DNA from: Eledone cirrhosa
Taxonomy: Eukaryota
DNA length: 64,000 bases
NCBI GenBank assembly: GCA_964016885.1
Contig: OZ024743.1
Coordinates: 34,410,001 to 34,474,000 of the forward strand
Reading direction: 5' to 3'
Shown here: piece by piece, positions 55,301 through 64,000 of the stretch
Layout: each line of letters begins with the position of its first letter
How positions within the stretch are numbered: position 1 is the stretch's first letter
The notes under the pieces: generated by a model
The model's input: only the letters and a program-made list of their open reading frames with translations
Told to the model about the DNA's origin: nothing
Database searches by the model: none
Position numbers and translations under genes: made by a program

Positions 55301-55797
55301 CTGTTGCACCCCGCTCTACTGGGACATGCTCCCACATAGTCCCATCGTGCATCTAGGATACCATTCCAGTCCCCCACTAAAATTAAGGAGCGAGACGTTC
55401 CCAGAAAAGACTCTAGACGCTTAAAGAAGTCTGGCCGTGATTGCGATTGCCCGGTCGGGGCATAAACGGCTACTAGTCTGAAGGCTCCACCTCCAATACT
55501 GTTTATGTCTAGGACTACCAGTCTACCCTCCGGGTCCAAGTGTACTTGCTGTACTTCGACGTCCAGGTTCTTCCGAAACATGATAACCACTCCACCTCCA
55601 CCTCCTGGCTGACAGAGAGATGCGTAGATCTCAAAGTCGTCGAAGATGGGGGTTAGTTGCTGCCAGTTGTGGATCCTGGACTCGGTGATGGCTATCACAT
55701 CCATACTGTGTGACCTAAGGTCGTTTAAAAGTTGGCCCTGTTTCCAGGGCAACCCTAGGCCACGCACATTTACGCTTCCAACTCGTAAACTAGCCAT
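52351..55797 (-). CDS. Intact LINE ORF2: APE endonuclease, reverse transcriptase, C-terminal zinc knuckle (1148 aa)
   Basis: SVNVRGL, ITE, GDWN, SYLDR, SDH; KSPGLD, FRPITLLN, DQSKAFDRVDH, RQGCPLS, AYADD; CPRC..ETVLHAIVHC. Confidence 0.96.
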   Translation of the reverse strand: MASLRVGSVNVRGLGLPWKQGQLLNDLRSHSMDVIAITESRIHNWQQLTPIFDDFEIYASLCQPGGGGGVVIMFRKNLDVEVQQVHLDPEGRLVVLDINSIGGGAFRLVAVYAPTGQSQSRPDFFKRLESFLGTSRSLILVGDWNGILDARWDYVGACPSRAGCNSLKTLIGQFQLADRYRLDFPTAPQWTWVNRSGTSRSYLDRFFIRERDKEMLGCPRMHMVAYSDHKLVVCLVNRDRIHRQGPGYWKLNVSLPARKAYSERISRLVKQQLTGAIVNNRWWYSLKKAIRIESIGYSRELALEKNRIERELAAKVEEALRSGNAARVLASRTALDQFFDAKHEGCVVRSKTRALGNEGAKAVSWARVAEEKSSNKSTIRSLKDQNGRVLLDPKQMCAAFQRHFARLFEQNDGEPNGAMDFTSYLDGLPRLSNTDAEFCERPITDTEIRDALGRCGKRKSPGLDSLPYEFYIGMPDLISGVLEAVYCNWQQNGRIPSSAGKGVVTLIRKDENKGDEINNFRPITLLNTELKILAKVLVTRLAFVVENLVGKAQTCAIPTRSIHDNLHLMRYIIERVGSKPGFGGALINLDQSKAFDRVDHRYLEGVLKAAGFGPVFRGWIEAMHTSICSRVKVNGYLSEPFAITRSIRQGCPLSSILYVLTLEPLLRKLELLQGIPLEPGLRKAASAYADDVTVMVSSTSEIGVIGNLLKEYETLTGAKLNPDKSVGLQLGTWRGKPMTSDSVVGRWTDGPVKLLGVWFGPDLQVEKNWNEVTAKVFALTQKWAECKLSLKGRAEVANTFIASVIYYRLTVVPCPREHLAKMERMLLQFLWKKQAPLVRRSVCCQHPSNGGLGIPWLMMHKHALRLRHLQVFLTDPQPVWAPFVRQAFPQLVSLTELQSWVKKRPKTMGAWHIECAQALTVLWQAGAAISGDSTSTFYRGIVRYKGDDVLGETLGVEDDELTSLFGRTLRPGPMDNFQRSLAWQCYRGALPVRDKIYRYGRPGRDPSKGMCPRCAQNIETVLHAIVHCPGVSDLWNYAEQLLSRMGQIQLTAESIVRIKPPDSFKNEREAVFLCTVAMVKEVIWWTRLRGLRTDAFLSGQQLIPFFKYHFRRRIRVEREALHPSKFTERWVNEAKMARVIGPSLFISL

Positions 55798-57720
55798 GTT
55801 GGTGAAGAAGAGTTGGAGAAAAAGGGCGAAAGGTGCACTTTCCTTTTTGTTTCCTGGAGATCGGGTTGTTCAATCTCCATGTGGGTGCTGGATGGGGTAT
55901 TGGGTGGGGTGGGAAACATTTTAACATGACGCGGTTGATGGGTTTCTGGTATGGGTTGCCCACGTCCTGTGAAAATTTATTTTTTAGGTCATTATAGGTT
56001 TCCATAGAAATCCTTATAAGTTTAAGGTGTGGAGACGATTCTGCCTTGACGAAAGTTTTGCCCTCCGTCTCCACCTTGGGGTTTTGGGAGATGACCTCCA
56101 TCAAACTCTTGTTGTTTGTGTTTTTGTTGTGTTGTTTTAGTTTGTTGTTCGTCCGGGAGTTTTCTTTTTATGGTGGATGTTTGTGTTTGGGTGGTGTTGG
56201 TGTTGGTTTTGCTGATAGGGGGATGTTTGACTGTGGTGTTGTTTGTGTTGTTGTTTGTGTCTGTGGTTGTGTGTTGGTGATTGGAGTTTTGTGGGTTTTG
56301 TGGTGTCTCTTTTTTTTGTTTTTTAGATTTCCGCGGTTCTCCCTCTTCTTCACTTAAAGAAGGAGAAGCAGCTTCATCCGTCGATGAATAATCATCGTCA
56401 GGTGTGTGGGGTAGGGGTATGTTGTGTGGTGGTGTTGCTTCGGTGTGTGTGTTTGTGGAAGTGTTTGATGGAGTGGGATGAGGTGGGGCTGTGTTCTTCA
56501 GGGGTGGTGTCTCTGTTTTTTCTGTTGTTGTTAGTTGAGTATCTGTTTGTTTTGTTGTGGTTGCTCGTTTCGTCTGTCATTGTACTTGTGGTGGTTGTGG
56601 TTGTTTTGGTGTTGGTGTTGGTAATAGTGTTTTTTTAATGCTGTTGTTGTGGTGTGTTTGTGAAGGACAAGAGGCTTTGAGGTGTGTTGTGCTACCACAG
56701 CGAAAGCAATGAAATGTTCGTCCTTCTACCGAAATGTTTATTTTGTTGTTATCATCGATGACGACTCTTTCTGGTATTTTGGAGATTCTCTCCGGCCTCA
56801 TTTGCAACAGAATCTCCAAATCAGTACCCACCCACCTTTGTCGAATAGATTTTCGTATCGAAAGAATCATATCAGTTTCTGGCTCTACGAAGCCAGGCAA
56901 GATCCACCAGATGTTAATGTTTTGGAGTATATATATATTTTTTTTTTGTGTGTCCTTTTTCCCCATGTATGTAGGGGAAAAGGTGAATGCTTTTGATACC
57001 ATTGGTGTCACAGAATATTTTTTGGCGAGTGCCTCGCTTTTAAACAGTACGGAAACACTTCCGTACTGTTTTCCTTGTTGGAGAAAATCGATATTTGCTA
57101 GAATTTCCTTGAAAGTAACCTCTATATCTGCTTGACTAACAAATATCGGCTTTCTCGTGGAATTGGACACAGTCCTAAAGGTGACTGATCTTCGAACTGT
57201 GTCTTCCTTTATTTCAAGGGGTGAGTTAATTCTAAACCCACCTTTCTCTTCGAAAGTTACAAATTTTCTCCCTTGCTGGAGCATATCTCTTGCATTGGAG
57301 ATGTCAAGATTTATAAAGTCTTGTTTTTTGTTCACTGTTTCAGCGAAAGACATTTTCTTTTTTTGTGTGGTGTTGCTGTTGTTGTTGTTGTTATCGTTGT
57401 TAGCCTCGGTGTTGGAAATCTCAATTCCTTGACGAGGTGAAACTTTGTGTAGATGTATCTGTGGAGTTGTTGATGTCTTTTTCATGTGTATGTATCTTAA
57501 TAGGTTTAATTTCTGTGTTTTCATGTGAGTTAGTGTTATTTTTCTCCGCTTCGTCGGTAGAAATTGTACAATTTTCGAGTGGTAACATTTTTTCCGCTTT
57601 GTTGACAGTCGTATCTATGGTGACGTCCATAGTAGCAGAAGCAGATATAACGTTAAAATCTGCCTCTTTCTCTCTCTTTTCTCTATTGACGTTCTCCAGC
57701 GTTCCCTTCGTGTTATTCAT
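55790..57720 (-). pseudogene. LINE ORF1 with CCHC knuckle, broken by frameshifts
   Basis: Pieces 57421-57720, 56577-57524 (CFRCGSTTHLKASC) and 55790-56104 overlapping the ORF2 ATG. Confidence 0.85.
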
Positions 57721-57948
57721 GTTTTATAGTTTGCAAAATTTGATATTTTAAAACAATTTTTAAAACAATTTTTAAATTAAATTTTCACCCCTAAAAGGGT
57801 GAAAAATAGGATTACCACCCAGCTGACAATTCAGCTTGGGGGTTAAACTACAAAATAATATGTTTTTTTCAAATAATTTGTTCTGCTTTTCGTATATAAA
57901 TTTACAAAAAATCTTACCGGCGATGTTCCACGTGTCAGGCAGAAAGAC

Positions 57949-58042
<94 letters not shown>
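57949..58042. repeat. (GATA)n microsatellite
   Basis: Read directly from the sequence. Confidence 0.97.
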
Positions 58043-58043
<1 letters not shown>

Positions 58044-58734
58044 ATGATGGATGTGGTAAATGTGGTGTCATGTTAAATATTGATGTAGTGGTGCTGTGAC
58101 AGTTTTTTTTTAGTTTTATTTTAGTTTTTGTTTTCGTATAAGAGAAATTGATGGTGGTGAAACTGTGATAGTAGTGTAGTTTTGGTATTGTGTAGTGGCA
58201 TTAAAAGAGTGACGTGGGGGTGGTGGTCGAGAGGTAGGGGAGGAACTAGAATTGAAGTACTTTAATGTATTGATTAATTTCCGGAATCCTCTTTAATGTC
58301 AATACAGCTTTGGCTGCTTAATTATAGTTTGCACACCTCCTACAACCTCCACTATCTAGCACCATCTAAAATAGAAATGGCTATCTGTCTACTGTGACAA
58401 CTGGCTACATATTCTAATGAGCTCACTCCCTAATTAGCAATGTTAATTAATGTGTCTTTACTATGAAGTCACTTTAACTTAACTGAATGGTGAAGAAGTA
58501 ACAAAAAAAGTAGAAGTTTGGAAGTACTGTGAAAATATCGAATAATCTATTATAGGTTCAATATCTGGTGTTTCTAGCTTCATATTTGAACTACATTTTT
58601 TTCCTTGCTTTTATCACAGTTTTCCTAAATTATATGAATTGTTACAAGATTTTTATATTTCTGTGTAGATATTCAGGCTGGAACTATAGAACTATATTAC
58701 ATCGTTAATGTCCGTGGGAAAGACATAGACTATT

Positions 58735-59355
58735 TATTGTTTCTACTATTGGCAACAATTACCCAGTACATTACTGGTACTTAATTTTATCGACCCCGTA
58801 AGGATGAAAGGCAAAGTTAACCTCGGCAGGATTTGAACTCAGTCCGTAAAGGGACGTAACTGTGCTGCAAAGCATGACGTCCGACCCTCTACCGATACTG
58901 CCAATCCACCTCCCTTAAAGACATAGGCTAATGATTGTTCCTACCATACTTTAAAACAACGCTAGCAACTTGAAAGTCGATTAAATCGACCCCAGTACAT
59001 TACTGGTACTTTATTTTATCGACACTGTAAGTATGAAAGGCAAAGCTAACCTCGGCTGGATTTTAACTCAGAACGTAAAGGGCCATAATTCTATGCTGCA
59101 AAGTATGGCGTCTGACATACTACCAATACTGCCAGCCTACCGTGTATTATTAGTCTATGCCCAAAGCATAGAGTAATAATTGTTTCTACTTTTGGCACAA
59201 GGCCAGCAATTACCCAGTACATTATTGGTACTTTATTTTATCGACCTCGTAAGGATGAAAGGTGAAGTCAACCTCGACGGGATTTAAACTCAGACCGTAA
59301 AGGGATTTAACTATGCTAGAAAGCATGGTGTCCAACCCTCTACCGATACTGCCAA
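58735..59355 (-). mobile_element. Three tRNA-derived SINE copies
   Basis: Core and B box at ~58735-58915, 58975-59140 and 59175-59355. Confidence 0.85.
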
Positions 59356-59647
59356 ATAATACGCACTCAAAAGTCTTAAAATCATGTCGATCTGGAGACT
59401 ACAGGAAGTCACGCTAGTATCATTTCTCTCAGTCTGACAAATTTATTAGAGATATAAATCTTGAAGATAAAATTGAAATCAACATAATCCCCTAACTTAA
59501 GCCGATCGTGGGATCTCCATTGAATGCGTCAATCCAGTTCAATGGCTCTTGGTGTCCTGAGAGATAATCACTTCTCTCAGTCAACTACACAGAAGAAATA
59601 CATTTTCTTAAGTCATAATTTGAGTTCATCGCAATAGTGATATTATT

Positions 59648-60060
59648 AAGTATCGGTAGAGGGTCGGATGCCATGCTTTTCAGCATAGAGTTACGGCCCT
59701 TGCCATTCTCAGTTCAAATCCCGCCGAGCTTAACTTTGCCTTTCATCCTAACGCGGTCGATAAAATAAAGTACCAGTAATGCACTGGAGTAATTGCTGGC
59801 ATTGTGCCAAAAGTAGAAATAATTATTATGAAGACATCTAGTGAGGGCGGTGTATTGGCAGTATCGGTAGAGCATCGAACATGCTTTGCGGTATGGAGTT
59901 ACGGCCCTTTACGTTCTGAGTTCAAATACTGCCGAGGTTAACTATGCCTTTCATCCTTACGGGGTCGATAAAATAAAGTACCAGTCACGCACTGGGGTCA
60001 ATCTCATCGACTTTCCCCTCCCTCCAAAATTGCTGTTCCTAAGTGAGAAACCATTATGAA
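59648..60060 (+). mobile_element. Two tRNA-derived SINE copies
   Basis: Head GGCAGTATCGGTAGAG, B box, core, tail. Confidence 0.85.
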
Positions 60061-60347
60061 GACATCTAGTAGGGGCTGTTAGAATGCTGACTAAAATAGT
60101 GGTTTTGATTTTAGATATGACCATTTATGTTCTGTGTTCAGAACCATCTGTGACGTTGGCAGGTTTAGAGGACATACTGACTGATTATTTGAAAAGAGTT
60201 GTCGATTGTCTATGTGCGTAACTACTTAGATAGTTTTGCATAATGTTGTATGGCGGCGGTGTTTTATTTGTAGATGAATGTCTACTTACGTAGAGGTGTA
60301 TATGGAAGGTGTTTAGTAAAATATTTAATAAGAGTATATGAGATATA

Positions 60348-60490
60348 AGGTGACGAATTGGCAAAGTCGTTAGAAGGTCGGATAGAATGCTTTATGGTAT
60401 TCGCCCGGCTCTCCGCCGAGCTCAACTTTGCCTTTCATCCTTTCGAGGTCGATAAAAAAAGTACCAGTCTAATACTGGGGTAGATTCTTC

Positions 60491-60576
<86 letters not shown>

Positions 60577-60705
60577 ATATTTCTCTGGAAGAAATCTGCT
60601 GTACTCAGGTCTGGAGAGGGATGGGCTCTGCCAGGCTTAAAATGCCTAAGAAATACCGTATGTCAATACGGCGTCCCTACGACTCTATCAGGAGTTACGG
60701 GACCA
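60348..60705 (+). mobile_element. SINE of the same subfamily as 36711-38810, with an internal (CT)n
   Basis: GGCAAAGTCGTTAGAAGGTCGGATAGAATGCTTTATGGTATT head; CTGGAAGAAATCTGCTGT.CTCAGG tail. Confidence 0.8.
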
Positions 60706-60769
60706 TACCATACTATATGTGATGTGTTAGATTATATGGCTGTAGGTACATGAATATATATTTCTGTGG

Positions 60770-61080
60770 ACGTGGCTTAGCTGAATAGTTAAAGAGTTCG
60801 CTCGGGAATCTTTAAGTCCCGGGTTCAATTCCACTGTGTGGAATGATGGGCAAGTTTCATTTACCATAGCCTCGGATCGACCCATGTCTTGAGATTGAAA
60901 TTGGGTAGATGGAAACTGTTTGGAATTCCTTCGGGTGTACTGTACCTGTAATTCAAAGTGCCAGCTTTGTCACACAGTGTCACGCTGAATCTTCGTGAGA
61001 ATTATGTCAAGGGTACTCGTGTCTGTGGAATTGCTCAGCCACTTGCACATTAATTTCCTGAGTAGGCTATTCCGTTGATC
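60770..61080 (+). mobile_element. tRNA-headed SINE-like repeat(s)
   Basis: GTGGCTTAGCTG..GTTAAAGAG..CCCGGGTTCAATTCC; 3' part shared with 39430-39570. Confidence 0.6.
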
Positions 61081-61374
61081 AAAAACCTAGAATACTTATC
61101 GTTGAAACTGTCGAAGATCGATTCCATATGTTTGTTTTTTATTTTTGTTGTATACTCAGACAGATATGCGTATATACGTCTACATACACGGACATACATA
61201 CACTCATACTCACACACACATATATGCATATATGCATACACACAGATATATGTGTGTACACCACACACATGTGTGTGTACCACACACACATAGCTTTTCT
61301 TTAACTTAATTAAAACATCATAATCCATCCCTTATTATTTCCGCTTGACCCATTTTTTTTTTAAAATCCATTAT

Positions 61375-61555
61375 AATATTGTTTCTACTTTTGGCACGAG
61401 GCCAACAATTAACCAGTACATTACTGGTACTTTATTTTATCGACTCCGTAAGGATGAAAGACAAGGTTAACCTCAGCGAGATTTGAACTCAGATCATAAA
61501 GAGCTGTAACTCTATGCTGCAAAGCATGGCGCCCGACCCTCTACCGATACTGCCC
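61375..61555 (-). mobile_element. tRNA-derived SINE (another partial copy at 62778-62870)
   Basis: Core, B box, tail. Confidence 0.85.
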
Positions 61556-61911
61556 CTTTTATAATATTGACCAACAAAATGTAAATCCAGTCAACAGAAT
61601 TCTTAGTTCACTCCCAAAAGACTAAGTACCTAACCATATGTATAGAGTACCCCACCGCCTCCCGCAGCTATGTACCGTCACCTACATATCTCCCTTCTTT
61701 GGTTACTCAGTGTTCAAACAATTGACAATGGAAATATTACATATCTCAGCTTCATTCAAGTCACTCTTCACTGCACACAGTAAGTACAGATCAAGAATTG
61801 AAATCCATGAATATGCCTCTTCCTCTCTACCAAAAACATAAAACACTTACTTACACATGTACACACAGACCCACCCACCCCACACACATATATATATATA
61901 TATATGTTATA

Positions 61912-62093
<182 letters not shown>

Positions 62094-62884
62094 TATCGGC
62101 TAACCACTAATCAGTAACAACACCACACTCAATCACTAGCACTAAACATATATACCGACCAAAGAAAGATTTTGACATTGTTTGAAGGAGTGTCATCACC
62201 GAAACTTCTAAGGTACTGCCACCATTTTCTTTGGTAAACACATCTTTTACTCTGCTCAGATGTATTAAGCGCTAATCCAGTAAATATATGACTGTTCTGT
62301 GTAAGCGTGTATATAAACACTCCCATCAAAATCTGCAATATTATCTGTGACACACACGGCTCTCTACCTCGTCTTTTGTTGAGTTGATCGCTATTTTTAG
62401 CACCACCATTCTCCTCTCATTTCAGGTAACTCTATTATAGCGTTTTTTGATCTCAGCGTTTTTTATACGGTATCACTAGATGTGGTTATTGTCTCCATAT
62501 GTCTAACTGAGCATCTTCATCACACATTGTTCGACTTAATTGTCATACATTTAACTATAAATGTATTTTAACTTCGTCATATAATTTCACGTAAATTTTG
62601 TTTTGGTTTCATCTTGTACAATATTCTAGTACAGTGTTTGTCTGTCTGGTTGGACACTGTGACACTGAATAAACCAGCAGTACTGTCGGTTGGATTCGTG
62701 ACTGTGTACGTCCAATATGATGGCCGATAACGGTGGAGCTTTTGTACATGTTGCCAATTGTTATGTATATATATATATAATTGTTTTTACTTTTGGCACA
62801 AGGCCAGCAATAACCCAGTACATTACTGGTACTTTATTTTATCGACCCCGTAAGGATGAAAGGCAAAGCTAATATAATCAAGAT

Positions 62885-63110
62885 GATATAGAACAAAAAA
62901 GGAGAGGCACAAAACAACAGCAAAAGTAGTCACTGATGAGGTCACAGAATGTGTGACAAAAGAGCTTTGACACTCGGGAACTAAACAACCATCCGGTTAT
63001 TAAACTAACTGACTGAAAGTCAGTTAGGGGTGTGTGTTTTCATTAGCAGCATGAGCCTCCCAAAGTATAACAATATCTGTTTCAAACAAATACAAAAACG
63101 TATATATATA
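62885..63110 (+). mobile_element. PLE-B-related pLTR remnant with mutated hammerhead (62929-62971)
   Basis: GTCA-CTGATGA-G-GTCACA(GAATG)TGTGAC-AAAA-GAGC-TT/TGAC (GAAA changed to AAAA); tail CTCCCAAAGTATAACAATAT as at 22253-22272; ends in TA. Confidence 0.8.
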
Positions 63111-63184
63111 TATTACCCACTCTACTACCCCAAGTATCGAGTACTCTGGTGGGTTATGGTCCACCTGGTATCTTACCACACTCT

Positions 63185-63262
<78 letters not shown>

Positions 63263-63267
63263 AAACT

Positions 63268-63990
63268 CCTCGGAGGGTTTCACCAGCGCTGCTTGCGTGA
63301 CATTCTTGGGATTCACTAGAATACACACACACCAAATACTGAAACATTACAAAATGCAAGTGCTTTCAGCATTGAAGCTCACAGTCACAAGCACCGACTC
63401 CGATGTATAGGCCAGGTTTTAGATCTGACAACAGCAGGATCCCAAAACATCCTTTATGGTGAGTTAATACCGGGTGCTAAACCACAAAACAAACCAAACC
63501 TGCCTTTCAAAGATTGTGTGAAAGATTGACTCATCTCGCTGGAAGGTGATGGCATTAGATAGAAACAAGTGGCTCACTGCTATTTAATGGTGTAAGACAT
63601 TTTCAAGTATCTGCTTCGGAATGGGCTGGCATTAAGAGTGCAGCTAAGGAAGGCCAGCTTGTGGAGCCCTCGGTACTTCAGTTGTATGCGATATATGTGG
63701 CCGAATATGCCTGTCAAAAGCTGGCTTTACAAGTCACCTACGTAAGCATGCAGATATATCACAGGTCGAATAGGACCAATTCCTTGCAGCCAATTTGATA
63801 TGTGGTACACGTGGCAGAGAATGTTCGAATATGTCAGGACATAGAGGGGATTTATGAATACATAAATCATGGTCCGGATAAACCGATTGAGAGATGGAGT
63901 GAGTTCCAATGCAACAAAATATGTAAGTCCCTAGCAGGCTTTAAAAGCCACCAATGGAGATACATTATTTGGCAGTGATGATGGCCTTAC
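63268..63990 (+). pseudogene. Decayed 3' end of an RTE-clade LINE with C2H2 zinc fingers
   Basis: FHQRCLRDILGI..SIEA..HRLR..RIPK..LYGEL..KP.L.FKDCVK..ALDRNKW; CDICGRICLSKAGFTSHLRKH; CNKICKSLAGFKSH. Confidence 0.75.
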
Positions 63991-64000
63991 CTGTCTACCA

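Larger units (their letters stand above)
52117..57946 (-). mobile_element. Full-length L1/Tx1-clade LINE, copy 2, flanked by (GATA)n on both sides
   Basis: GATA repeats at 52098-52116 and 57949-58042; 3' end GTGGCTAATAAAGAAAT shared with copy 1. Confidence 0.95.

Overview
Repeat-dominated, AT-rich animal DNA. The (TA)n tracts and SINE family suggest a mollusc, probably an octopus (inference only). The first ~30 kb is a (TA)n-targeted cluster of Penelope-like retroelements (PLEs): one with an intact 1173-aa RT + GIY-YIG ORF, plus fold-back 3' fragments of two other families, all carrying minimal hammerhead ribozyme motifs. The main observation is the 454-bp near-identical tandem array at 6339-15188. 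It is non-coding, has a minimal type I hammerhead on the minus strand repeating every 454 bp (19 copies), has octamer and TATA-like motifs upstream of each ribozyme, and ends in the same stutter-plus-inverted-arm junction as the neighbouring PLEs. This suggests a retrozyme-like multimer written into the genome by PLE machinery. The second half holds two minisatellites (one an expansion of a SINE's A-box region), many tRNA-derived SINEs, two tandem L1/Tx1-clade LINEs in a (GATA)n tract (one with intact ORF2), decayed LINE fragments and two possible host exons. The many YIYI-type ORFs are microsatellite artefacts.
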